A stretch of 64,000 nucleotides of DNA from Chthonomonadaceae bacterium (lineage in GTDB: Bacteria > Armatimonadota > Chthonomonadetes > Chthonomonadales > Chthonomonadaceae). Below the pieces are notes generated by a model that worked only from the letters and a program-made list of their open reading frames with translations, searched no databases and was not told where the DNA came from. Below, one piece after another: positions 40,014-50,164 of this stretch (positions are counted from its first letter, which is position 1; each line of letters starts with the position of its first letter). The translations under genes and the position numbers were made by a program. The stretch covers positions 755-64,754 of the forward strand of contig JANXSG010000017.1 in NCBI GenBank assembly GCA_025352825.1, in the 5' to 3' direction.

Positions 40014-41105
40014 TCACTTCATCAAGAGCATTCTATCCAGTGCGAGTCTAGCATCTGCTGCGATATCAATTGGTACGCTTACCTGGTTTACTATTTCGCC
40101 TCCAACAAGCGACTCGAGCACCCAGAGAAGATAGTGAGGATGTACTCGGTACATGGTCGAGCATGGGCACACTACAGGATCGAGACAGAAGATAGTTTTG
40201 TCCGGATGCTCATGTGCTAATCTATTTACAAGATTTACTTCGGTGCCGACCGCCCATACGCTTCCAGGAGATGCCTTTGAAATTGCGCGAATGATATACT
40301 CTGTCGAACCGTTTTGATCAGATGCCTCTACAACATCTAGTGGACATTCGGGATGCACAATCACGTTGACGCCAGGATAGTTCGCTCTGGCCTGAGCAAT
40401 CTGATCCGTGGTGAAACGTCCATGCACCGAACAGTGCCCTTTCCATAGGAGCACACGTTTTGCACGAATTTCCTCTGGGGATACAGAGCCGAACCGTTTA
40501 TGTGGATCCCACAGGAGCATATCCTTTTCAGGATGAAGCCCGAGTTCTACTGCCGTATTTCGCCCAAGATGCTGATCCGGGAAGAAAAGAAGCTTGTCAC
40601 CACGCTCCAAAGCCCACTGAACCACACGTTTTGCATTCGAGGAGGTACAGCAAGCGCCTTCATGCCTGCCAACGAATGCCTTCAGCGCAGCCGTTGAGTT
40701 CACATAGGTGATAGGGATGACCTTACTCATATCCGTAGCTGTAGAAAGAGTAGCCCAGCAGTCTTCCACCTGAGCGATGTTTGCCATATCTGCCATGGAG
40801 CAGCCGGCACTCATGTTGGGAAGAATAACCACTTGGTCTGAAGTAGTCAGAATATCCGCCGACTCGGCCATGAAGTGCACACCACAGAAGACGATATACT
40901 TTGCCTCGGGGTGTGCTGCTGCTAAATGCGAAAGCCTGAGGCTGTCGCCTCGATAATCTGCCCATTTGATAATTTCATCACGTTGGTAGTGATGCCCAAG
41001 AATGATGAGATCCTCACGGAGTGTATGGCGGGCGTCTTTGATTCGATCATCAGTATCTTCCGGATTTAGCCGGGAAATTTCAATCGGGAGAGGTTTTTGC
41101 AGCAT
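40014..41105 (-). CDS. nadA: quinolinate synthase
   Basis: GHHYQ, FCGVHFMAE, AGCSMA, YVNS, GHCSVH, VHPEC, CPCSTM. Confidence 0.97.
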   Translation of the reverse strand: MLQKPLPIEISRLNPEDTDDRIKDARHTLREDLIILGHHYQRDEIIKWADYRGDSLRLSHLAAAHPEAKYIVFCGVHFMAESADILTTSDQVVILPNMSAGCSMADMANIAQVEDCWATLSTATDMSKVIPITYVNSTAALKAFVGRHEGACCTSSNAKRVVQWALERGDKLLFFPDQHLGRNTAVELGLHPEKDMLLWDPHKRFGSVSPEEIRAKRVLLWKGHCSVHGRFTTDQIAQARANYPGVNVIVHPECPLDVVEASDQNGSTEYIIRAISKASPGSVWAVGTEVNLVNRLAHEHPDKTIFCLDPVVCPCSTMYRVHPHYLLWVLESLVGGEIVNQVSVPIDIAADARLALDRMLLMK

Positions 41106-41107
41106 CT

Positions 41108-41190
41108 GTTTTGCTCCTATCGGCGAGCAGTCCGAGCGATGAAATCCGTAGATTCACTACCAGGACGGGGATGTTGACATCGCCGAATGC
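41108..41190 (-). ncRNA. candidate NAD-I (nadA motif)-like riboswitch, single compact aptamer plus SD sequester
   Basis: Minus strand TTCGGCGATG-TCAACATCCCCGT-CCTG-GTAG-TGAAT-CTAC-GGATTT-CATCGCTCGGA, then TGCTC...GAGCA hairpin over the AGGAG SD of nadA. Confidence 0.6.
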
Positions 41191-41203
41191 GGGAATTACA
41201 CTT

Positions 41204-41578
41204 TTAAATCTCTATTCGTAAGCGTTGCAGTTCAACTCCCACCGAAGCCAGAATAGCATTCATTGGCGGGTAGGTTTTTTGCAGTCTAAGTTCAATCTCG
41301 TCTATCGAAGGAAACTCCAAAAATAAGGCATCGGTGATACGCTTAGCCAGCGCTTCCAGCAGTCGGTACTGCTCTGTTGTTGCCACCGCAATAACACACT
41401 TAGCTACTTTAGAGTAGTTTACAGTGTCGCAAAGCTGATCAGAAATGGAGGCCTTTCCAATGTCTACGCCAAGTCTAATATCCACCAAATATCTATGCCC
41501 CACAGATTGTTCCTGATCGGATGCGCCGTGATAGCCATAAAATTCCAGGCCATTTATAAGTATACTATCTTTAGACAT
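41204..41578 (-). CDS. folB: dihydroneopterin aldolase
   Basis: FYGYHG...EQ..G, SD...TVNY, LLEALA. Confidence 0.94.
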   Translation of the reverse strand: MSKDSILINGLEFYGYHGASDQEQSVGHRYLVDIRLGVDIGKASISDQLCDTVNYSKVAKCVIAVATTEQYRLLEALAKRITDALFLEFPSIDEIELRLQKTYPPMNAILASVGVELQRLRIEI

Positions 41579-41661
41579 GCTTTCATTGTACCAGAATACA
41601 CTGCCTCAGCGCGGTGGAATTTTTGCCGGCCTCATTAACCTGGCGAATCCACTACCAATAG

Positions 41662-41690
41662 TTGACATTTGTGTTAAAAAGCCGGATAAT
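41662..41690 (+). promoter_or_regulatory. sigma70 promoter of steA operon
   Basis: TTGACA-17 nt-GATAAT. Confidence 0.55.
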
Positions 41691-41737
41691 GCTACACACA
41701 GGTATATGTTCAATGATTCTTCGTGTGAAAGTTCAGA

Positions 41738-42874
41738 ATGGCCGAACCGCCTACCCATCGCGTTTTGAAAGATCGACGCACTAAAAACCTGACCAAACGC
41801 CTGCGCCCGGGTGATATCGCACTCATTAATCATGTTGATCTCGATACTATGGCCGCCCGAGCTCTTATCGACTGCAAAGTGAGTGCGGTAGTGAACGCTG
41901 TGCCAAGTATCTCCGGCAGATATCCCAATCGCGGACCGAGTATGCTCTGTGAAGCAGGGATTCCATTGCTGGATTCTGTGGGTGTGAATGCATTTGAGAG
42001 CATTGCAGATGGAAAACAAGGCGTTCTGACAGGAGACTGCCTTCGGTTTTCTGATGGAAGCAGCCTCTCAGGAGAGCTCCTGACTGCAGATCGTGTGGAG
42101 GAACTGCTGGCAGACGCGCGTAGTCATTTAAGCGATGAGCTTGATCAGTTTGTACGAAATACTCTGAACTATCTTAGTAAAGAGAAGGAACTTCTGTTTG
42201 ATCCGGTAGAGGCGCCGAAAATTAGCACCATATGTGCCGACAAGCATGTTCTTATTGTCGTGAGAGGCGAGGGGTATAAGCAAGATCTGGCAATTCTTGG
42301 CGACTACCTTCGTGACGTTCGGCCAATTCTTATGGCAGTGGATGGAGGAGCAGATGCTCTTCTGGAATCGAAATTGAAGCCGCACATTATTGTGGGAGAT
42401 ATGGACAGCGTGAGCGATACTGCACTGCGATGCGGGGCAGAGTTAGTCGTTCATGGATATTCCAAAGGCGACGCCCGGGGCGCACCTGGTTTGGATAGGG
42501 TACACGCTCTCGGACTTAAGGCAACTGTGTTCCACTCGCCAGGTACCAGTGAGGATGTAGCCATGCTGCTTGCTAATGAGCTGGGGGCGAAACTAATCGT
42601 TGCTGTTGGGACACATTTTTCTCTGGAAGATTTTCTAGATAAAGGCCGAAACGGGATGTCCAGTACGTTCCTGACCAGGCTTCGTATAGGTTCTAAACTG
42701 ATGGATGCGAAAGGGATTGCAAGGCTATGGTCTTTTCAGCGTCCCTATTTTAGCGAAATACTAATCGTCTTATTGGCAGCGGCTACACCTATAGCTGCGG
42801 TGCTTTGGCTATCACCTATGGGGCATAACATTCTTGAAATTCTGGGTATGTGGCTCAGGATTCCATCGCATTAA
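41738..42874 (+). CDS. steA: SteA-family protein (thiamine pyrophosphokinase-like domain)
   Basis: DRRTKNL.KRL.PGDIA, SISGRYPN.GP, VDGGADA, VGDMDSVS, FLDKGR.GMSSTFLTRL, C-terminal TM. Confidence 0.9.
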   Translation: MAEPPTHRVLKDRRTKNLTKRLRPGDIALINHVDLDTMAARALIDCKVSAVVNAVPSISGRYPNRGPSMLCEAGIPLLDSVGVNAFESIADGKQGVLTGDCLRFSDGSSLSGELLTADRVEELLADARSHLSDELDQFVRNTLNYLSKEKELLFDPVEAPKISTICADKHVLIVVRGEGYKQDLAILGDYLRDVRPILMAVDGGADALLESKLKPHIIVGDMDSVSDTALRCGAELVVHGYSKGDARGAPGLDRVHALGLKATVFHSPGTSEDVAMLLANELGAKLIVAVGTHFSLEDFLDKGRNGMSSTFLTRLRIGSKLMDAKGIARLWSFQRPYFSEILIVLLAAATPIAAVLWLSPMGHNILEILGMWLRIPSH

Positions 42875-42906
42875 TCGCACTTTTTTATTAGAAATCGAGG
42901 AAATTC

Positions 42907-43326
42907 ATGCTGACAGGGTTTCTGCTGCTATTGTTGAGCGGTGTTTTTTTTCTGTGTGGCGTGTTGCTGCCGCGTATTCATGAGCCTCTGAGTGAACAGT
43001 TGAATCAGTTCAGCCCACAGCTTCAACAGATGGCGGAAGCTGTCATGCCTGCTATGGCGAAGATTAGGCTGCTGCTAAGATGGATGATACCAGGTGGACG
43101 TATAAGCCTTGCGGCATCAGGGCTGCTATTGTTCACGAGCATCTATGCGTTTATCAAACCTCCAGTGCCTGCGCTGCTGAGTGCGTTCACTTATACACTG
43201 TTTATACTGGTCGTAGCTGGGATTATAGGGCTTGTGCTCTTTCTGAAAAAGCTCGCCCCACAGATGGCAGGGATGTCAAATGTAATGGTTCCTCCCGAGA
43301 TTCAAAAATCAAAACGAAAGAGTTAG
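42907..43326 (+). CDS. hypothetical membrane protein
   Basis: SD GAGG; three TM segments. Confidence 0.7.
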   Translation: MLTGFLLLLLSGVFFLCGVLLPRIHEPLSEQLNQFSPQLQQMAEAVMPAMAKIRLLLRWMIPGGRISLAASGLLLFTSIYAFIKPPVPALLSAFTYTLFILVVAGIIGLVLFLKKLAPQMAGMSNVMVPPEIQKSKRKS

Positions 43327-43357
43327 TTAGCGTGGATTGCTGCTATTGGGGGTATTG

Positions 43358-44233
43358 ATGGGTCCAGGTTTTAAATACCATGTGATTACCATTTCGGCTA
43401 TTTTTTTTGCTCTTACCATCGGGCTGGTGCTTGGGAGTCTCTATGTCTCTCCACGTCTTGCTGATAAACAGACGAAAGCAATCGTTGCACTGCAAGCAAA
43501 ATTAAACACGGAGTTCTCATCTCAAAGAACCAGGCTTCAGAAATACGAAAAGTTCATGGCGGAAAAAATTCCCGTTTTGCTTAAGAATAAACTATCCGGC
43601 CAAAATATTGCAGTTGTTCAGGTCGGAGATTACCCGGAGGTTCTCTCGAAAGTACGAGATACGTTACTGCTTGCCAATGCAAAAGTAGTTTCGATTACCA
43701 CTCTTGATCGTTTGCTTGATCGTCCAGACGAAGCTCTCAACTTAACTCTATCCAGCCTACATGATGAAACACCATTAATCCCTGCGGATAAAGAGTCGCT
43801 CATACGCGCGATTTCCAGTTCCTTTGCACATGGCGAAACGGGGGATGACAGTGTGATGACAGCGCTTGATCATGCTGGCTTAATCAATATTGAGCAGGAT
43901 AGCAGCTATAAGAACTCGGTACGTGCGGTCATTATTGTGTGTGGCAGCAGATCAGAAAACTCTACTCGGCCTGTGAATGTCGATCAGCCCTTCATCCTGG
44001 CGCTGCAGAAATTAAAGATCACTGTGATTGCCTGCGAACCAGAGATCACTATCAGTTCAGATATTGCAGCCTATCAGCAGCTCAATTTAGATATTACAAA
44101 AGTTGGCAGCGCCGATACAGACATAGGAAGATGTGATCTGGTTTTCGCGCTGCACGATAGCTATAGTATCCAGCCTGTAAAATCCTCAGGCAGCGATGCC
44201 GCTGACACAAATTCCAATACCTTTAAAAACTAA
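43358..44233 (+). CDS. SteB/MctB (DUF3186) family protein
   Basis: FKYHVITISAIFFALTIGLVLG N-terminus, coiled coil, position after steA. Confidence 0.82.
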   Translation: MGPGFKYHVITISAIFFALTIGLVLGSLYVSPRLADKQTKAIVALQAKLNTEFSSQRTRLQKYEKFMAEKIPVLLKNKLSGQNIAVVQVGDYPEVLSKVRDTLLLANAKVVSITTLDRLLDRPDEALNLTLSSLHDETPLIPADKESLIRAISSSFAHGETGDDSVMTALDHAGLINIEQDSSYKNSVRAVIIVCGSRSENSTRPVNVDQPFILALQKLKITVIACEPEITISSDIAAYQQLNLDITKVGSADTDIGRCDLVFALHDSYSIQPVKSSGSDAADTNSNTFKN

Positions 44234-44234
44234 C

Positions 44235-44957
44235 ATGATATCAGTCATCATCCCAGCTTACAATGAATCAGATCGCATCGCAGCTACAGTAGTGGCGGTG
44301 CAGAAACTTAAGAACATCAGCCAGGTTATTGTAGTGGATGATGGTTCTAGTGATAATACTGCAGAGTCTGCAGACGCGGCTGGGGCAGATATTGTGCTTC
44401 GTCAGAAGCATAGTGGAAAGGGAGCGGCTATTCAGAACGCATTAATTATCTGCACTGCTGAGATTGTTCTACTTCTGGATGCTGATCTGGGCGATACCGC
44501 TTCGGATGCAGCGAAACTGCTTCCGCCAGTGATAAGTGGAGTTGCAGATATGACTATAGCAACTTTCCCCGTGATTCCGGGTAAAGGGGGTGGTATGGGA
44601 TTGGTGGTACGCCTGGCACGCTGGGGAATTAGAATCCTCACCGGGCAGGTAATGAATGCTCCACTTTCCGGCCAGCGAGCTGCCCGAAGAGATTTATTGA
44701 CGGAAATTGTAGGATTTACATCCGGATGGGGTGCTGAGACAGCTTTTACAGTACTGGCCCTCCGGGCAGGTTATCGAGTGCTCGAAGTTCCAACACAGAT
44801 GTCACACAGGGTGACTGGGCGAAGTACAGCGGACAGACTGCACCGATTTAAGCAGCTTATTGAAGTTGCTCGAACACTTTTCAGGCTTAAGTTTTACAAT
44901 GCTCCCGTAGCGGCTATCTCGTCAGAAGATCGTAACACATCGGAACCAGGTAAGTGA
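44235..44957 (+). CDS. glycosyltransferase family 2
   Basis: IIPAYNE, VVDDGSSD, GKG.A, LDAD, PLSGQRA. Confidence 0.92.
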   Translation: MISVIIPAYNESDRIAATVVAVQKLKNISQVIVVDDGSSDNTAESADAAGADIVLRQKHSGKGAAIQNALIICTAEIVLLLDADLGDTASDAAKLLPPVISGVADMTIATFPVIPGKGGGMGLVVRLARWGIRILTGQVMNAPLSGQRAARRDLLTEIVGFTSGWGAETAFTVLALRAGYRVLEVPTQMSHRVTGRSTADRLHRFKQLIEVARTLFRLKFYNAPVAAISSEDRNTSEPGK

Positions 44958-45928
44958 ATCCTATGGATGGTGATCCTGGCGCGACTCTTCAGCAGAAAAG
45001 CTTGAAACAACTGCTGGATATGTGCGACAAGGTTTTGCTAAAGCTTGCTGATCGAGAAGATCATATAGGACGATTGCTGCATGGATCCCATGTGAATGCT
45101 CGTGGTCTTTTCCTCGCCATCACCGCACTTCTCCTGGCGCTCCTGCTTCCCAGATTCGTAGAGTGGTCTCTGCGTAAAACAGGAAGAATGGAACTAAATT
45201 TCCGCGGGGATAATATTCCCCAGAGCTATGGTGCATTTATCCTTCTTTTTGGTGGAATACTACTTGCTCTTTGCAAAAATATCTATTTTCCAGCAACTCG
45301 AAACTACACAATATGGCAAACAGTGGTTATAGGTTTTGGACTTTTGGGGCTGACTGATGATATTCTAGGAGATAGGTCGATCAAAGGATTTAGCGGTCAT
45401 CTTACGTCGGTATTCAAAAATCATAGGTTAACGACAGGATTTATTAAGCTGCTAGGTGGCGGACTATTCGCGCTGTGGGCAGGATGGGTACTGGAACCGA
45501 ATTCTGTATGGCTAATTCTGTTGGATGCAAGCATCCTATCTCTCTCTGCTAATGCTTTAAACCTCCTCGATTTGCGCCCTGGTAGAGCCAGCGGTTTTTT
45601 TCTATTTGCTGCGCTAATACTATTCTGGTTTGAAGCTCCTTTCTCCGGAAATGGGGTTCCTCCACTGCTTCTTATAATAATTCCTACAGCGCTGCTCTGG
45701 ATCAAAGATTCACAAGCGCAGTGCATGATGGGGGATGTCGGGAGTAATCTTTTGGGGGCATCTCTTGGCCTCGCCCTCTGTTCCCCACCGTTTTCAGTAA
45801 GTATTAAAGTACTATTTCTGATTTTACTGATCTCACTGCATCTGCTTACCGAGCGGAAATCGCTTACCAAAATTATCGAAAACAATCGAATTCTAAGTTT
45901 TCTAGATGGATTGAATGGTGTAAGATGA
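44954..45928 (+). CDS. MraY/WecA-like membrane glycosyl-phosphate transferase
   Basis: GLTDD, KGFSGH, NALNLLDLRPGRA, MMGDVGSN.LG. Confidence 0.8.
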   Translation: MNPMDGDPGATLQQKSLKQLLDMCDKVLLKLADREDHIGRLLHGSHVNARGLFLAITALLLALLLPRFVEWSLRKTGRMELNFRGDNIPQSYGAFILLFGGILLALCKNIYFPATRNYTIWQTVVIGFGLLGLTDDILGDRSIKGFSGHLTSVFKNHRLTTGFIKLLGGGLFALWAGWVLEPNSVWLILLDASILSLSANALNLLDLRPGRASGFFLFAALILFWFEAPFSGNGVPPLLLIIIPTALLWIKDSQAQCMMGDVGSNLLGASLGLALCSPPFSVSIKVLFLILLISLHLLTERKSLTKIIENNRILSFLDGLNGVR

Positions 45929-45997
45929 GGAATTAGAAGAGCGTAAATTATGTGAACAAACTCTAATGGAAGGATTACAGTAAAAAGGAGTTTACTA

Positions 45998-46474
45998 ATG
46001 CCCATATCGATCCGTCAGGCAGAGTTATCAGATATTCCAGTTCTCAAACGGCTAATCGAAGCACTTGCTGATTTTGAATCGCTGCCATCACCAGACAGTG
46101 AAGCACAGGCTCGTTTTGAAAAAGATGGCTGGCCACGTGATGGGAAGGCTCCCATGTTTTCCGCCTGGCTAGTAGAGCTAGTTGAAGAGAGTGTATCAAC
46201 ACATGCAATCGGATACGCGATCACGTTCAAAACCTACTCTTCATTCCTCGCAAAGCCTACGCTCTACCTGGAAGACCTTTTTATTCTACCAGAATATCGG
46301 AGGTCAGGAGCTGGAAAAGCTGTTTTTGAACATCTTCACGAAGAGGCTAATCTTATCGGGGCTGGGAGAATTGATTGGGTCGTGCTGGACTGGAATTCTG
46401 GCGCACAGAGGTTCTATCAGAAGCTCGGAGCGAAGTATTTAAAGGAGTGGCACTGCTATCGACTAAACCTTTGA
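45998..46474 (+). CDS. GNAT N-acetyltransferase (SSAT-like)
   Basis: LYLEDLFI.PEYRRSGAG, W.VLDWN..A..FY..LGA. Confidence 0.92.
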   Translation: MPISIRQAELSDIPVLKRLIEALADFESLPSPDSEAQARFEKDGWPRDGKAPMFSAWLVELVEESVSTHAIGYAITFKTYSSFLAKPTLYLEDLFILPEYRRSGAGKAVFEHLHEEANLIGAGRIDWVVLDWNSGAQRFYQKLGAKYLKEWHCYRLNL

Positions 46475-46488
46475 TAAAGTTTGTTCAC

Positions 46489-46542
46489 GCCCTCACCCCC
46501 TGCCCCCTCTCCTGTTTTTGGGAGAGGGGTAGGGGGTGAGGT
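46489..46542. repeat. family-A palindrome between convergent genes
   Basis: CCTCACCCCCTGCCCCCTCTCC-TGTTTTTG-GGAGAGGGGTAGGGGGTGAGG; similar copy at 54822-54877. Confidence 0.85.
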
Positions 46543-46628
46543 TAAAACATTCTCAAACATCGTGAATCTTTAGATGATGTGCGTTGTGTAAGCGCCTCAC
46601 CTAATCCTATTAGAACAAAAATACGTAT

Positions 46629-48152
46629 CTACTGCGCTCGAACGATTCTGTCCAGCTGCTCCTGCGCAACAAAAGCCACATCGGGATCACTGCTTTGCCG
46701 CAATATCTGAAGCGTGGGGCGACCTTCTACAGATCCCATGTCTCCCAAAGCCACCGCGACCCATTTCTGCCCCAATGGATTTGAAATCTGAGCGGCTTTT
46801 TGAAGTGCAGGCAGAGCATCTGAACCTTGATTTGCAAGAGACTGGGCGGCGTAGTACGCTTCTTCACCACCCTTCTGCATGGCGCGGATAAGCGCTTCGT
46901 TCGCCGCCGGCCCTATCAAGGTAAGTGCATCTCGTGCTGCTGTATTAACTTCGCCAGCCTCATCCCTGAGGGCAGAAATCAGAGGCTCAACCGCTGCTCG
47001 ATTATCTTTATATCCTAATGCCGTAGCTGCAGTGATACGGGTATCGACACTATTGGCACGGAGTGCGGCAATTAACGCAGAGTTAGCTTGAGGAGCATTG
47101 AGGGGCTGAAGAGCTTTGGCAGCCCCTAACTGAATATTCTCGATCGGGCTTTGCAATGAACTTATAAGAACGGCTATTACTGGCTCGCTAAAAGGACCTT
47201 CAGATGTTGGACGGCCAGCTAATGCAAGACTTGTTATTGCAGAAGAGCGAAGATTGTTATCATCATCGTTTAATGCTTTGATCAGGGTGGCAATTGCGGA
47301 TTTACTTGCAATTCGGCCCAGACCTGCAGCGGACTGGGATCTTGCCTCGCTGTCGTCATCGGTATTTGTAATGGCTTCTGTAAGAGCGTCTTCACAGGTG
47401 GGGGCAGCAATGAGCGCAAGCGAGCCTACAGAGATGCGTCGAACTTGAGCGGTATCGCTATGCATTGCCGTTTTGAGGGGGCCTACGGCTCCTGGATCAC
47501 CAATTTTCCCTAGGGCAGCAGCAGCTCCTCCACGTACACCCTCGTCCTTATCCTGAAGCAGGGCTATTAGAAGTGGAAGACTTTCGGCATTCGCTCCGTT
47601 TTTTACAAAAAGCTGCGATCCTAATACCGTTCCACCGTTATTTCGCGCACCACCTTCTGTCTTCATAAGTGATACAATGGCCGCGACGACACCAGGTTTA
47701 GGCCCGATTCCCCTGGATGAATTGGTCAGTGCAGCGATAGTCCCTTTTTGGACGTTGCTATCTCCGTCTTTAAGTCCAGTGACCAGCGCTTTTATGCAGG
47801 CAGGTGAATTAGCGCCTATCTTTTGAAGGGTTTGAACGATGCTGTCTTGTACAGGTTTATCTGGGTCTTTAAGAAAAGCAATACACTGCTTAACAGCTTT
47901 GTCATTAGCGAGTTCAGCCAGCGCTTCAGATGCTTTAATTCGGGTAGACATGGGTTCTCCTGTGATAGCATCCATGAACTGCTCATCCTTAATGAGTTCC
48001 GCAGCAGACGATTTTTCCATCTCAGAATTTCCACTTGCCATGCCATCCACCAGGCTGCGCATGTGGCGGCTATGCCCCACGGCCAGCCAAACTACCAGAA
48101 GCACAATCCCACCGAATATCAGATAGTTTAGATATTTGCGCACCAGGTTCAT
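46629..48152 (-). CDS. membrane-anchored HEAT-repeat protein
   Basis: N-terminal TM; many L.D.D..VR..AA.ALG repeats; ATG 48152 with GGAG SD. Confidence 0.88.
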   Translation of the reverse strand: MNLVRKYLNYLIFGGIVLLVVWLAVGHSRHMRSLVDGMASGNSEMEKSSAAELIKDEQFMDAITGEPMSTRIKASEALAELANDKAVKQCIAFLKDPDKPVQDSIVQTLQKIGANSPACIKALVTGLKDGDSNVQKGTIAALTNSSRGIGPKPGVVAAIVSLMKTEGGARNNGGTVLGSQLFVKNGANAESLPLLIALLQDKDEGVRGGAAAALGKIGDPGAVGPLKTAMHSDTAQVRRISVGSLALIAAPTCEDALTEAITNTDDDSEARSQSAAGLGRIASKSAIATLIKALNDDDNNLRSSAITSLALAGRPTSEGPFSEPVIAVLISSLQSPIENIQLGAAKALQPLNAPQANSALIAALRANSVDTRITAATALGYKDNRAAVEPLISALRDEAGEVNTAARDALTLIGPAANEALIRAMQKGGEEAYYAAQSLANQGSDALPALQKAAQISNPLGQKWVAVALGDMGSVEGRPTLQILRQSSDPDVAFVAQEQLDRIVRAQ

Positions 48153-48336
48153 CTTCCAATATCTCCCTGCAGAGCGATGTTCTGCTGCAAACATTGAATG
48201 CATTTTTGAAATTAAATAGATGAGCTAATTGCAAAAACATAACCAACGAAATGAATTTCGTCGCCGTTAAACCAGCATAATCCCGACTCTTGCAACTACT
48301 TCACATATATCATTCAAAGAGCACACGAATTCCTGC

Positions 48337-50112
48337 TTACATGACTTGCAGAGAATGCAGAAAAGTGAATGCTATAAATATCGAGGATAGAACGAGCGCG
48401 ACAGCCCACATTTTCCACTTCCGGAAATGAATAGATTGCAGCAATAGAACAAGTCCGTAGACACCACCCGTGAGCAATGCATGATGGACTGCCCGATCAT
48501 GGGATGCCAGTTGATGGCTCCCCAGTGAAGCTCCCAATACCATGCACATGACAATGGACATAAACGCGCAGGCTGCCCTCTCTGCCATTCCGATATCAGC
48601 AGCGATCCCAATGAACATCAACATGACAGACATTAAACCTGAAGCTGCAGCTGCGGATGGTACGAGCATTGCCGCCTCGTTTGAGACTAGTTGGCTTCCA
48701 CTCATCGCCACGGCAGCTATAGGCAGCAATGTGGTTAGAAACAGAGGTACAAACCATATGGCTATCTGGGAGAAGCGTGCGCGAGCTTTAAGTACCGTGA
48801 TATGAATTGGAAGTTCCACCACACCAGCGTCAGACTGCACTCTCACTATCTCACGAAAATCACCTGTTTCAAATGCACTTTCTGTATTCGCTGTCAGAGT
48901 AATTTTCTGTCTGGATCCATCAAAATGCTTTGGGAAGACTTCAAGCCAAATCGCTCCGTAAGTAACTGAACCATTCGTGTTACCTGGAACGCCTACGATC
49001 TTTACCTGCACTTTCAGAGAACGGCTATCACCTTTTCTTACAGAGCCAAAATCGAGCTTGTCGATATCTAATTGCAGTCGTGGCTGAACATTTTTTCTGG
49101 TTAATAGTGGGAATCGGCTTCCAGTCTTATGGATTGATTTTCCATTCGAACGCTGTGAAACTGCATTCAGGTCAGCGACAACTGTTCCCCCTGTATGATG
49201 ACTATTTTTATTTTCACTTTCGCGAAAGGATGGAATCGTTTCGTTCTCATCTGGGATGAGATCCGGGCGCAGAGGATTCTCCAGCAACACCAACTCCCTC
49301 AAATCAGTGCGGGCTGCAATACGAAGCAGGTCATCTCTGAACTCCCCTGCACTTTGATATCTAGTTCGCTTATCACGTGCAAGCGCTCTGTTCATACATA
49401 ATTGAAGATCCGCTTTAGGATTTTCAAGATAGACGCGCAGAGGTGTAGAGGATGTTGTTTCAAGAACTCTTTTCCATGCAAATGGATCCTTGACTTTCGT
49501 GACATGGAAGGGGCGCTGTCCGGTGAGCATCTCGTAGAGTGTCACTCCCACAGCCCAAATATCCGATTGATTATCGGATCGATCCTCTTCAGCAAAGTCC
49601 TCGGGTGCCATGTACGCATAAGTTCCTGCTCCACCGGCATAAGCATTCGTGGAGAGTATTTCAGCCAGGCCAAAATCTACTAATTTGACATCGCCGTCGG
49701 ATGTTATGAGGATGTTGGCGGGTTTGATATCTCGGTGTACTGTTTGCAGAGTGTGGGCAAATTGAAGCGCATCTAGAATCTGGGCAGCAATTTCAAGCGA
49801 TCTCCTCAGCGGCAAAGTTCCTCGTTCGCGAAGGAGTGTCTGGAGGTTCTGGCCACGGATATACTCCATATCGATTACAATTTTGCCATCGATACGATCC
49901 ACACCATTCACACGAACTATATTCGGATGGCGCAGTCGATCCATCACGCGCGCCTCTTCCAGAAATCGTGCCAGATCACCCGCCTGAACATCCACTTCTT
50001 TCAGAGCCACCTGTTTGTTGAGGAGGGTGTCTTTAGCAAGATAGACAATTCCGGAGACCCCATGCCCCAGAACATCCAGTCTTTCATATTTTCCGAGCAT
50101 TCCTAAAGGCAT
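48337..50112 (-). CDS. Hanks-type Ser/Thr kinase with Ig/BACON-like domain and C-terminal TM bundle
   Basis: GHGVSG, VALK, HRDIKPAN, DFG, GTYAYMAPE, SDIW; about 5 C-terminal TMs. Confidence 0.92.
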   Translation of the reverse strand: MPLGMLGKYERLDVLGHGVSGIVYLAKDTLLNKQVALKEVDVQAGDLARFLEEARVMDRLRHPNIVRVNGVDRIDGKIVIDMEYIRGQNLQTLLRERGTLPLRRSLEIAAQILDALQFAHTLQTVHRDIKPANILITSDGDVKLVDFGLAEILSTNAYAGGAGTYAYMAPEDFAEEDRSDNQSDIWAVGVTLYEMLTGQRPFHVTKVKDPFAWKRVLETTSSTPLRVYLENPKADLQLCMNRALARDKRTRYQSAGEFRDDLLRIAARTDLRELVLLENPLRPDLIPDENETIPSFRESENKNSHHTGGTVVADLNAVSQRSNGKSIHKTGSRFPLLTRKNVQPRLQLDIDKLDFGSVRKGDSRSLKVQVKIVGVPGNTNGSVTYGAIWLEVFPKHFDGSRQKITLTANTESAFETGDFREIVRVQSDAGVVELPIHITVLKARARFSQIAIWFVPLFLTTLLPIAAVAMSGSQLVSNEAAMLVPSAAAASGLMSVMLMFIGIAADIGMAERAACAFMSIVMCMVLGASLGSHQLASHDRAVHHALLTGGVYGLVLLLQSIHFRKWKMWAVALVLSSIFIAFTFLHSLQVM

Positions 50113-50164
50113 ATTACCTGCTTAACTGTAAGAGCTTGTTTCCACGAAGATTCCAGTAACTCTC

